Shown: piece by piece, positions 26,344-38,426 of the stretch | Layout of the letters: the number at the start of each line of letters is the position of its first letter | How positions within the stretch are numbered: the stretch's first letter is position 1 | Assembly: GCA_964106645.2 (NCBI GenBank) | Contig: OZ067046.1 | Length of the DNA stretch: 64,000 nucleotides | Origin: Podarcis pityusensis | Lineage: Eukaryota | Strand: one strand, 5' to 3' | Translations under genes and position numbers: made by a program | Notes under the pieces: generated by a model | Database searches by the model: none | What the model was told of the DNA's origin: nothing | Seen by the model: only the letters and a program-made list of their open reading frames with translations

Positions 26344-27030
26344 TGATATGAGTAAAGAAAACTGCTCCTTTTCCCTTATGGGGCACCAAGAGCCCATATA
26401 GAGTCCTTCTGTAGGTTCTCTATCAGTAGGAGAAAATAACAGAGACCAACCAGAGAATATTGAGAAGCAAAGCAGCTAGTAAGCCTGATCTTTATTAACT
26501 GTTGCAACAGGGTGCTCCCCCACACGCAGGAGAGAGGAGGAGGACCTAGAACAAAGGTGTGCCCGCCCTTATACAGACATTTTAAATTGCCTGCCCTGGA
26601 GTCCAAGACCACCCCCAGAAACATCATACATACATCACAGAAGGGGTGTAGCCCAAGACCACCCCCCAGATACATCGTATCTTCATCACAGAAAAGGCAG
26701 TCTACAGCAGAAATCTGAGTGCGTTGTTTTTACCCTGTCTGCCAGGTTGCCTGTTAATGGTCACTTGACTGGATTACCTGGGGAGTCTGGCTATTCTTTT
26801 GTAATGATAATACTTAATTCCTGAGCCAGATCACTGGCTCACCCTAGTCACACCTTAAGGCAGGATTTGTGAGGACAGAGACAATGGGGAGGTTTCTGCA
26901 TTTCCTTCAACCTTGTAGAGAAATATTTGAGGTGACTGAAAGAGTCAAAATGGCTTTAGGACTTTTCCTATGGGTTTCAGACATGTGGTTTATATATTTA
27001 TATATGTGTTTGCTTGGTACATTTATGAAG

Positions 27031-27073
<43 letters not shown>

Positions 27074-27105
27074 CACACATATATGACCTAAAAATTCTTA
27101 TCACA
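26344..27105 (-). mobile_element. Solo LTR (ERV-like, 4-bp TSD)
   Basis: TG...CA ends with TSD AAGG (26340-26343, 27106-27109); minus-strand TATAA at ~26570 and AATAAA at 26491-26496; ~48-bp tandem repeat in the U3-like part (26603-26695); (AT)n at 27033-27069. Confidence 0.7.
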
Positions 27106-27444
27106 AAGGTAAATATGCTGCAGTGGGAGGTTGCAGTCCCACTGATGCTGCAGCTGCTCTGCAGAGCACAGACCTGGGAACAGCTGCCTAGAGGCTAGGA
27201 GAGTCTTGCATGTGTGTCCAGGGCACTGCAGGAGTTGCTGTAAGGGCAGACTTTCGTTGATAAAGAATTAACTGTCAGGTGTGTGTCTTCCTTGGCTGGG
27301 GTGTGTGTGTGTGCCTAGGACAATGTATTATGGTTATTTAATATATATTATTAAGACTTTTCGTAATACATTAGAATAAAAGAACAAACTAGTCTAAACA
27401 AAAACAAAGAATCAAGAGAGAAAGAGAAAAAAGAAGAAGGATAT

Positions 27445-27686
27445 TGTTAAGTTGTGGGTGAACATATCAGACGACACAGCGATTCTTCAAACAGCTCTTG
27501 TTTATTCTGAGGCCAGAACAGAACTGAAGGGTTCAGTCAGCCTGCTTATATAGAGCTCCAGTACAACGTAACTGTAACAATTTTCTAAAACTATCCAATC
27601 AGTGAACGTCACTTTTGATTCCTTATTTGCATAACTATCTACAGTATCCCCCTGCTGGCCCAGGGTGAGAACTTCAGTACATAACA
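27445..27686 (-). mobile_element. Short solo LTR (Copia/Gypsy-like, 242 bp)
   Basis: TGTTA...TAACA ends, 5-bp TSD GATAT (27440-27444, 27687-27691); minus-strand TATATAA at ~27548 and AATAAA at ~27502; octamer ATTTGCAT at ~27625. Confidence 0.88.
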
Positions 27687-29879
27687 GATATAAAGTCCTC
27701 CTTCACAGGTAGATCTTTGCTTGTCTCACACAGAGAAAGGTGAGCCCTCCCAGCTCTCACCTGAGAGCCTTCCTTTCTCCTCCCAGCCTCCCACCTGGGA
27801 GTTCTTCCCTTCCCTGCCTCTCACACAAGGTCCTTCATCACTTTCATCTGCATGTTAACCAGGCCTTAAGCCTGGGTTGGGGATCACGCACAATACAAAA
27901 AATTGAGATGAAAAAGCAAAAGCAAAAGAGAAAGAAACAATAGAGATACGGAGACAGAAGGGAGAGATGGGGGGAGGAGAAGTAAAGGAAGCGGAGGTGG
28001 TTAAGCATTAACAAAATTTCCAAAAGAGGTACTTCCGATTTTCCATTGGGTTTATGCCATTGGAACCATTGGTCAATACGAACGTCTGTCTACTCCACTT
28101 TCTGTCAGACACATTTCCTCTAAGTTAAAGCATCTCACAGTTATTCATTTCAGTTCCTGATGTGAAAATAAAAAGTTCAATGTCCATAATGCCTAATGCC
28201 AAATTATAATTTCCTTTAATAAAATCATTTGTGCAGACCTAAACAATTTCCCCTAGGTGGGGGAATTTCTGCCCACTTAATTAATGTACGTAATTAATGA
28301 ACTTCCAGCCATAGTGGCTAGTGCTCAGTCAATCTGTCCTGCCTTCAAGAAACACAGCTTCATCAAAATACATCTCTAAAGGACTGCTTCTCTTCTTCTG
28401 AAGGTAGATGTCTAGGTCCCCTTTGCATTAAAAAGTATTGTATTATAACCCTTGGGTTACAGTACAATCCTGGCCATGTCTGCTCAGAGGTAAGACCCAC
28501 GGGGGAAGTGTGTGTACATGGAAGATTGCAGTATTGGTCTCCTTTGCATTCCATGTAACTTAAAAAACCACGATTCTGCTTATTCTGCAAGCAAAGTGAC
28601 ACTTTTTATAAAAAGTCTACATTTCTAGAGAAGATTTTCCCCAAATAGTAACTATATTCATGATTTGCTGATATGTTACTTATCTAAGCAACTGATCCGG
28701 TGTCTTTTTAACATGACTTCAGGAAACTGCCACTCAGCACAAAAGAGTTTTATCTGGCAGATGAAAGCAGGACCACCCATCGCACTATGTTAATACAGTA
28801 ATGGCATTGCACTGCAAGTTGCATCCCACACCCAATTTTTTCTTTTAAAAAAAAAGGATGGCAGAGGAAAATGTAGATAACAGCCAAAGACACTGTGAAC
28901 AAAACCCAGATCAAAATCGGGTTGGGTTTAAACCAGAAAAATCAAAGGGAGGCAAATTAACGTTTTCCCATAATACTCAGATAAGGTGCTACACATTATT
29001 TTTTTTTAAAAGAAGTTTTTTAACCGGGGTGGAGTGGCGTGACCAGTGGCAAACATTTGCTATGCAGCAAAGAAATGCAAAGACCTTCTCACTTTTGGAA
29101 AAATGTATGGACTGTTATAAGAGAGGTCAACAGTTCTGGTAAACGGAACTGGTCATACTTGTCTATTGTTTCTCGCACTGCTAGGGCTATCTGTAGAGCA
29201 GAATATGATTAAAATAAATACAATGAAATTATAATTCCAGGCAGTTCTGGAACACACTGAATTGAATGCAGTAGCAGCCAACAGCAACAGCTATATAGTG
29301 CAGGGCTATAGATATTTCTGGAAGGGGCACCTCCCAGTGCCTCAGGTGAGTAGCAAAGGCTGGCATAGATTTCTGCAAGAGCGCTCTGTAAAAGACTGGA
29401 AACTGAGGCACGTCAGATGAGCCATGGAAGTTTATTTTTTGCTCAAGGTTTGTCTCCTACGTACCCCAAAGCAACCTACTGTGGTAGTGTTGGACTTTGA
29501 TTGGGAAGATGAGAATTCAAGTCACTATTCAGCCATGATAGAAATTAGGGTGTGTTTCATGGTCCCCACACATAATCCCACTTTTGATGGTGAAATGGTC
29601 CCCTCATTACCCTTTATCTGGTATGATAAAAGGGCTAATTTGCTAGGCCACTACATTTAAAAGAGGCTTTCATTGGGCAGGGATATAGCTGTCAACAAAA
29701 CCAATAGGACTGTAAACAGTCAATTAATTTTAATGATATCTGAATTTACCAGCAGGCTATTAGACAGAATGTGCTCATTAACTGTCCCTTCCTGGATGTC
29801 ACCAGCCCATACCAATTAACTGATCTTTAGGCATTTGTGTGTCTTATGAGGCTTCCACGGTTGCCGAGGCAAAGTGTGG

Positions 29880-30400
29880 TTCTAAGATCCCACAGATATC
29901 ACCCATACAAGTTAAGCAGATTAATATTGACCAAGAAAAAAATTCTTTACAAATTGGGTTTATGCCATTTAGATTGCTTATGGTTGAGAAGCTGGATGTT
30001 TTTATGGAGGTGAGGGTGGTGGTAAGAGACTTTACAGCTTGATTTTACCATAACCCCCCCCCCCAAGAATTTATGGTTTGATTTTCTCCAATATTGTTGA
30101 AGACAATCAAATAGGAGGTCAAATAGGAGGTTATGCTTATATCAGTAAAGCTAAGGCTGTTTGGACTTAGAATGCTTTTTAGCTACAATATGTACAAGCT
30201 ACTAAAACTATATATTTTTTAACAAAAGCTGAAGTAAAAACTGAAAGAGACTAAAAATATATCCCTTTAATTTAATTGACATGGTACCATAAACTTAGCA
30301 GACATGGCAGGATCTAAATTTGACATTAATTGTAACATGTACCAGTACTAATAGAACAAATTGATTAATGAAATAGAAAAAAACCACAAAATTTGAAGGA
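29880..30400 (+). mobile_element. Possible highly decayed L1 ORF2 C-terminal remnant
   Basis: A-rich; fragmentary translation KILYKLGLC resembles the L1 C-terminal cysteine-rich region; many stops and frameshifts. Confidence 0.3.
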
Positions 30401-31136
30401 TCGGTAAATACAGTATTGCTAAACAAAGGGAAAGGAGGATAGACGGAAACCTAAACACAAGATTATTGAGCAAAGGTTTAAAACACAGTTATTACTTAAC
30501 ATTTTCATCAGCTCACTTAAAATTTCTTTGCATAACGTGAAGTCGTTTCCTCCCATAATGTCACATTTTAGGGTGACCAAGAACCCAACATGGGAACAGA
30601 TGAAAAGATGAGCTGAGGCTTATTCTTCAGGGGCCGAGAGCACATTTGGCCCCCAAGTGGAGATATTTCCAAACTGTGTCTCTGACTGGGTCCTTGTGAA
30701 TGAATGGCTGCCATGAATATATATGGGGAAATGATGACATGCTTCACCCGTTGCTGAGAAAATGCAGGCAGCCCTCACAGAAAGGGAACTGCAAGCAACG
30801 CACATCTCACCCCTGGCAATCTGCAAGCCTTAGCCCCACACACAAGCCCCACCCACTGTAATAATGAGAAATAAAAACAGGAATTTAGTAGAATTGAAGT
30901 CTGACAGACTGCATACTTGCCAGCACTTACTTTTTCTTTTTCAGTCCTTGTTCCTTTGCATCCCTTGTTCTTCAGACGAAAGTCTCTCTGCCATTCTTCC
31001 CAAGATGTGTCACGCTCTTTTATACATCTCTCCTCAGAGGGTTAAATGACCTTAATTTCAGTGACCTGGTTGGCTGAGCAATGCAATACGCCCACATTCT
31101 CTTTCTCCAAGGACAAATCTTTCATTTGAGGTTTTT

Positions 31137-31253
31137 GTCAGAGGTTGGATGGCCATCTGCCATGGACGCTTTAGCTGAGATTCCTGCATAGCAGGGGGTT
31201 GGACTAGATGACCACGGGGTACCTTCCAAATCTACAATTCCATGGTTTTATGA
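31137..31253 (+). mobile_element. CR1-type 3' end fragment
   Basis: agaggttggatggccatctg...gcagggggttggactagatgacc...ccttccaaatctacaattccatggttttatga. Confidence 0.8.
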
Positions 31254-32400
31254 AATGGAGACAGAAGTCTCTTTGGCTCAGTGTTCCTTGACCCACAAGC
31301 ACTAGTTTCAAGAGTCACTTCTACTCTCAGATTCTTTTCTCCTAGAAGTAGATCACGTATCCTAGAAATATTTTTTCTTGTGTTGCTTGGCATGGATATA
31401 CGAGGAAGTTGGCTCAGCTGTGAGAAGACAAATTCATTACAGGAGATTGGTTCATTATTCACCCAACTGGATAGCACTCTTACATTCTTTACATTTTTAA
31501 AGAAAGTAAAACAAGTTGTGTGTATTCTATATGTTCTAGGTAATTTTCCAGTTGATATTATTTTTACCAGGGACTGACTTAATTCTCAGAACATGAACAT
31601 GAACATTTCCAATTTCAAAAACTGGAAATGCTTAATCTTTCACCTTTATTTCACCTAGAAGCAGTCACATCATCTAAAGGCCATTTTTCTTGGGCCCGAG
31701 GTATGAGGACTTGGGAGGTGGCTCAGTAGAGACAAGACAAATCAGGTATTAAAGACTGATTTACTACCCATTCGAATAGCTCTCCTACAGTCATTCAACA
31801 TTTTTTTAAAGAAAAAACAATATCAATGATATGTTCTTGGCAATTTCCCCATTGATATAAATTTCACCAATTACTGGTTTGATTCTCAAACCATGAACCC
31901 ATCCCTGCTGAGAACAATGCAATGTTTTGTATTATGTAATTAGAGTGTATACATTTTAGGCAGAGACAGGCTTTCTTAACTTTAGGACACCCCGCCTCTA
32001 AATGTTGAAAGTTTCTATCAAAGGCAGTATCAGTCCAGGATCTCAAAACTTTATTCAGATATTTTACCTGAGGAGAAACCTCCAAATTTGTTTCTTTAAA
32101 AAATTGACATTTCTTTAAAAAAGTGACATTTCAGGGACAATGCTCACTTTAATCAGCAGTATAAAAGTAATCCATGCCAACAGTATAAAACTTGTACATT
32201 TATAAATGACAGGAATCCCAATATTTATGGATCTTTCATAAAGGTTGAAGAGATATTATTGTAGTATCCTCCCAAAAGCGGCTGATGTCCAGCATGCATA
32301 ATTCAATGATTAAAAAAACCCCTGCCAATTTAATGTTGGCTGAAGCACCGCAAAAAAGGGGAACTTGCAAGCCAGTTTTATATCTGCCTTAGCAGATATA

Positions 32401-32763
32401 AAAAGGTAAAAGGTAAAGGACCCGTGGATGGTTAAGTCCAGTCCAAGGCAACTATGGGGTGTGGCGCTCATCTTGCTTTCAAGCCAAGAGAGCCGGCGTT
32501 TGTCCACAAACAGCTTTCCGGGTCATGTGGCCAGCATGACGAAACTGCTTCTGGTGCAACTGGACACCGTGATGGAAACCAGAGCGCATGGAAACACCAT
32601 TTACCTTCCCACCGGAGCGGTACCTATTTATCTACTTGCACTGGCATGCTTTTGAACTGCTGGGTTAGCAAGAGCAGGGACCGAGCAACAGGAGCTCATC
32701 CCGTCACGGGGATTTGAACCACTGACCTTCTGATAAGCAAGCCCAAGAGGCTCAGTGTGTCCC
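32401..32763 (-). mobile_element. Sauria/Squam1 SINE with a partly deleted 5' head
   Basis: (ACCTTT)n tail and typical body; direct repeat CAGATATA at 32393-32400 and 32765-32772. Confidence 0.9.
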
Positions 32764-34698
32764 TCAGATATACCCCACGGTCCTCACTAATTTTGTGCAA
32801 TGCTGTAGATGTGCTAGCTTACAACTTATCTCTCCATGCACGCACAATTTGGCATCACATTTTAAGCTCATAGCCAGATAGGGAGGATGAAGCACTTGGA
32901 TCCAGCAAATACGGCCCATATTATCCTGGTCCTATACTGCATCATGGTCTTCCTCAGTGCTTTTCTTCTAGAAAAAAGGTGCCGGTACTGTGTACCCTTG
33001 AGTACCCCCAGAAAAAAAAGCAGTGGTCTTCCTACATTGCCAGAGGGATTCTCTTGTGAGTTGCGCCATACCTGTTTGTTGCTCACATCAGTAGCTGGCA
33101 GGATGGCTTAACAGGTGGGAAATATGCGGGGCTCAGGGGATCCCCTTTGTTGCAGGTGGGGTGAGAGTGGTGGTGCCAGGGGTGCTAGTGGCTTGGTGTG
33201 CTGTGTTTAGCTGTATTGAAATTAATGATGATACTAGTCATGAAAAAGAACGAAGCAAGTTTTTAACACACTTAGGGTTGGGTGTGTGTGTTGGGGACAG
33301 AGCTGCAATATGGCACAAGCTGGTGGTTGATGGGGGTGGGGGCGCATGTGGTTGCGAAATGTAGTTTCCCACAACAGATTCTCAGGTTTCCAAATGGGCA
33401 CATGGGCCACAAAAGGTTGGTCATTCCTCATCCAGCCATTGCACCACACTGTCATATTATCCCACTGTCAAAGAGAAAGGCATTGCACATAGTATCCACT
33501 AGGTGGTTTCCCCTGTGGGCATTTTTTTCACCTCATAATTTTAAATATGCACAAACCAATGAAAGTGTACCTTCCTCAACAAGCCTGAATTAAGCCCATC
33601 AGTAGTTTTCTCCAAATTTGGAAAAGAATATACAGTGTGCCTTTGTGAAAATTATAGTGTCAATGCGCCAATTTTCAGCACTTTAAAAATTGTTTTTCCA
33701 GTGGCATTTTTATTAGGCCAGTGTAAAATTTGGCACATTCATAGACCCCATCATATAGATGTATTTCATTGTGCAATACCATGCATGCTTTCCTTATCCA
33801 TTGTTTGTATATGTTATGTTGGTTGAATCTTTATTCTGTTATATTGAAAACTAAAAAAAAAAGTGTGTGTGTGTGGTGGTGGGGATTAGGTAGAACATAT
33901 TAAGGGAAAATCTAATCTGGATATTACCAAAGGATGCCTGACTGTGGTCAGGTCAGAACTCACCCCACAAACGATTCAGATGAAGAATAAGCAGCTAAAA
34001 GGCACTCTTGTGTCTTGACTGCCTCCTCCAGCAGCAGAGGCAGACCCAGAATAACTCCCAGGCTATGTGCTTCAAGGGGAGTGAAACTCCGTCCAGAACA
34101 GCCTTGATACAGAATGAGGAAAGGGAAACATTTCAATTTCCCTCACTTTCTCCTTTTTCCAATCTGAAGTACAGTTCTTCATATTTTAACACCAGTTTGC
34201 AATTTTTAGAAATAGTCCCCAAGAAAATTAATCAGCTAATCTTTCCCACTATTGCATATTTCTATGCATTTTTGCCTAATACACACTTCTTTTTGCAAAG
34301 CAATGTCCTCTAATATAATACATTTTTGTATGTTGTCATAATGAATAAATGTATTTTAATGGACATTTCCCTGCTAGCATATTCATTTTTGTACACGTTA
34401 CTAGGTTGGACAGCTCTATTGCAAAATTCAGAGAAGTCCAATTTTTGAAGCGTGGCTGTGTTTTGGTTTGCATATTATTATTTCAGAAAGTACAAATAAT
34501 GCAAAGTGAATCTTATTTCTCCCCCATCTTTATCCAAACCTGGCTCAGTCCCAGTCCCAGCCAATGGTACTGCTATCTTGTCTAAATTAATATTCAGTTT
34601 ATTAGTCCAGATATTTGCTGATCTCAAGATTTTCATTGCCTTTCTCAGTCTGAAGGAAAGAGGGACAGAAATATATACCAAGACACTTCCAACTCATC

Positions 34699-34701
<3 letters not shown>

Positions 34702-34740
<39 letters not shown>
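34702..34740. repeat. (TG)n microsatellite
   Basis: About 19 perfect TG units. Confidence 0.95.
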
Positions 34741-34741
<1 letters not shown>

Positions 34742-34867
34742 GTTTAGGCTTTTATATCTGTGCTGTTAAAGTTTCTCAAATGAATCCAAGTTCCAAAGCT
34801 GTTTTTTTCCAAAGCTGTAGAATTCCTCCATGCCTTTGCCACCAATAATTTTCCTTCTAGGAAAAAT

Positions 34868-35556
34868 TTGTTGTTGTTGTTTAGTCGTTTAGTCGTGTCC
34901 GACTCTTCGTGACCCCATGGACCAGAGCACGCCAGGCACTTCTGTCCTCCACTGCCTCCCGCAGTTTGATCAAACTCATGCTGGTAGCTTCAAGAACACC
35001 ATCCAACCATCTCATTCTCTGTCGTCCCCTTCTCCTTGTGCCCTCCATCTTTCCCAACATCAGGGTCTTTTCCAGGGAGTCTTCTCTTCTCATGAGGTGG
35101 CCAAAGTATTGGAGCCTCAGCTTCACGATCTGTCCTTCCAGTGAGCACTCAGGGCTGATTTCCTTCAGAATGGAGAGGTTTGATCTTCTTGCAGTCCATG
35201 GGACTCTCAAGAGTCTCCTCCAGCACCATAATTCAAAAGCATCAATTCTTCGGCGATCAGCCTTCTTTATGGTCCAGCTCTCACTTCCATACATCACTAC
35301 TGGGAAAACCATGGCTTTTACTATACGGACCTTTGTTGGCAAGGTGATGTCTCTGCTTTTTAAGATGTTGTCTAGGTTTGCCATCGCCTTTCTCCCAAGG
35401 AGCAGGCGTCTTTTAATTTCGTGACTGCTGTCACCATCTGCAGTGATCATGTAGCCCAAGAAAGTAAAATCTCTCACTGCCTCCATTTCTTCCCCTTCTA
35501 TTTGCCAGGAGGCGATGGGCCCAGTGGCCATGATCTTGCAGTGATCCATGAAGGGG
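34868..35556 (-). mobile_element. Young 5'-truncated BovB LINE
   Basis: ORF open to the natural stop (...WRALVHGVTKSRTRLND*), (CAA)n tail, TSD TCTAGGAAAAAT (34856-34867, 35557-35568), 19-nt extra sequence at the 5' junction. Confidence 0.96.
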
Positions 35557-35569
35557 TCTAGGAAAAATA

Positions 35570-37860
35570 CAATCATTAAATTTTCATTGTCTCCTTCAAA
35601 GAACCCAAGAACAGTGTTGTTTTTGGATCCTTATAAATATATAAGTTGAAAAGTTATTTGTTGACATCCTTACTCCAAAGAGTACTGTTTGTCTCAGCCT
35701 GCAGAATCATACGCCTCCAACGTTTTTGGTCTTGTGAAGATGCCTCCTATTTGCAAAGGCTTTTGCAAAATCTTTATGGATTTTCCTATATGCTTACTAT
35801 GATAGATCCTAATGGCTTCTAATCAAGATTCTGTTTCACTGCTGTTCCTCAGTTTTGGAACCCAAACTTTACCCCTATACAATTGTTAACCCTGCTAGTG
35901 TCTCTGTAGATTCCCATATTGGTTGTTAATGGTTGGCCTGCCTGATATTTATGAATGGGTTTCTAATAAAATGTATGACCTGATGTGCTTGCCTTCAGCT
36001 GACTGGCTCTTGCCCCATTTTATCCTTTAAATGGTCTCAAGAGTGATGAACGATGCCATTTCCTTTACTGACACGGCTCTCTCGCTTAAAATAGTTTATG
36101 GTGTAGGAAAGTTTGCATTGGGGACCTTTGTGGGGCCAATTTCTTCGGCCTTTTCATCTGCACACGAAAAGTAACTTTTAGAAAAGGGTTCTCCTATCAC
36201 CCTACTGGTTCTGCCTTTCACCATCAAGAATGATTTAGTCCTGACCTTACTTCTCACATATTTAGGATACCCCAAAACTAGCTATGGTTTATTTTTATAT
36301 GCGTTAAAGTTGGTAATAAATTTACATGAGCTGGGAAGAGTGACAATACTGTATTTTGTTAGAGATCCCCAATTCCTCTTTGCTCCACTTTTATTTCCCT
36401 TCTTTTGTTTCCCTTGTGAATGAAAAAGTTGGACAATGTTTCCATAGTTTTCCTTGGAATATTCATAGAAAATACATGCAACAGGCATAACACCTCAGGG
36501 ATCAGTCATGATATTCAATTCAAAGTATTCAATTGCTTTAGTTTTTGTATAATTGCTTTTTTATAATTGCCCCAAAGTTCATGTTCTTTAATTTTTCTAA
36601 GTTCTTCGCCAAAGAAACTCCAGCGGGTGCAGAATGCAGCAGCGAGGCTCCTCACAGGGTCTCTGCCATGGGAGCATATTCACCCAGTGCTTTTCCAGCT
36701 GCACTGGCTCCCGGTGGAGTACAGGGTCAGATTTAAGGTGCTGGTTTTGACCTTTAAAGCCCTTTACGGCCTAGGACCCTCGTACCTGCGGGACCGCCTC
36801 TCCCGGTATGCCCCACGGAGAGCCTCAAAGTCCATAATTAGCAACACCCTAGTGGTCCCGGGCCCTAAGGAAGTTAGATTAGCTTCAACCAGAACCAGGG
36901 CCTTTTCAACACTGGCCCTGGCCTGGTGGAATGCTCTGTCTCATGAGACCAGGGCCCTGCAGGATCTGATTTCTTTCTGCAGGGACTGCAAGACAGAGTT
37001 GTTCCACCTGGCCTTTGGCTTGGAGCCAATTTGATTCCCTCCCCCTCTTTCTTTTTTCTTTTTCCTTTCTCCTCCTGTGATGAGGCTGCATTTTAATATT
37101 TCAATGTTTCAATATTTTAATGTTGTATTTTAATCTTGTTTTTAAGTTGTATTCATTCAACTTGTTTTTATTATTGCTTGTTAGCAGCCCTGAGCCCAGC
37201 CTTGGCTGGGGAGGGCGGGGTATAAATAAAAATTGTTGTTGTTGTTATTATTATTATTATTATTATTATTAAAGGTGCTACCAATTCATTGTATGTTTCC
37301 AACCTTTTATCTTTGTTTTTTTTATTGAAGCAACTGCACTGCCTCCTTTCTCATGTTCAAACACATTTCATAATTAATATGAAGTCCAGAAAGCAATGCA
37401 AAGTCCTCCCATTTTGACATTACACTTTGGCCTTTTCCAGACTTAAGAACGTTAAAGCAATGTCATCCACAGATTCAATATCTATTGTGTATTCTCTATC
37501 TGTATTTCTTTATCCCTCTAGTACCTCTTATAATGTTTGCTAATGGTTTCCTTGAAAATGCAGTGGAGATAATAGACAGCCCTGTTTTGTTTCCCACCTC
37601 AGGTGTTAAGTCCAGATCATTTGTCTACACCACCATCATACTATCCTTGTACAGTTGTTTAAGTAGAGGTTTAAACAGATTATCCATCTGCATACTTTTA
37701 CATAACTCTAGCAGGAAATTCCATTCTACACTATCAAAAGCTTTGGCAGAGTCAGGAGATATAATTGCTAATGGCTTCCTTGTTTCATTGCTAATATAAA
37801 TGGTATTTAAAATTATCTATATAGAATCTGCAATGTGTCTCCTTAAGGTCCATTCTCCCC
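35570..37860 (-). mobile_element. Old degenerate L1-clade LINE ORF2, interrupted by L2
   Basis: Minus-strand translation RRHIADSI*IILNTI...KPLAIISPDSAKAFDSVEWNFL...GTKQGCLLSPLHF...SGLHINYE matches L1/Tx1 reverse-transcriptase motifs; boundaries approximate. Confidence 0.75.
36613..37270 (+). mobile_element. L2 LINE 3' fragment
   Basis: KLQRVQNAAARLLTG...[42 protein letters not shown]; 3'UTR hairpin and (TTA)n tail. Confidence 0.93.
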
Positions 37861-38413
37861 AAGTTTATGGTTCTTTGTCTTTAAAGCACACTTGGATTGA
37901 ACAGCCCTTCAGAGTCCAGATTGCTCTCTGACATGCTTTTAAACAGAGAAGTACAGGTGGTGGCCATGACTGGAACCTTGGCAGCAGGCATTTCACTACA
38001 TGGAGCACCCAAAATAAATGTTTAAAAATGGAAAATGGAATCACCTGGTAAAATAGGAGAGGGAGAAGGAAAATGGAGTCACTAGAGCAATGGGGGGAGG
38101 GGTGGGCCACCCAAGGGCAGTGAGGGAATAGGAGGGGTTGGTGAACTGCTCAGGGGGGTGGAGCACTGGGGAAGGAAAGAAGGAATGGCAGAACACAGTG
38201 GGAGAAACTGGTGTTGCAGGGAGTTGATTAGGAAAGTGGCCTCAAATGGGCATTGTCATTGCCCATACTGCTGCTTTGAAAATCAAGCAAATGTACTTGG
38301 GAAAGGAGCACTAACCATTTTCTCTTATGCCGTTTCCCCAGTGTAGATTGCAAAGAAAAACATAACAATACCGTATAGGATATATGTTTTCCACTGTGTA
38401 GCTATCAGCCGTT

Positions 38414-38426
38414 CCACTAGGGGGAG
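38414..38426 (+). promoter_or_regulatory. CTCF-like motif
   Basis: CCACTAGGGGGAG compared with consensus CCASYAGRKGGCR. Confidence 0.35.
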
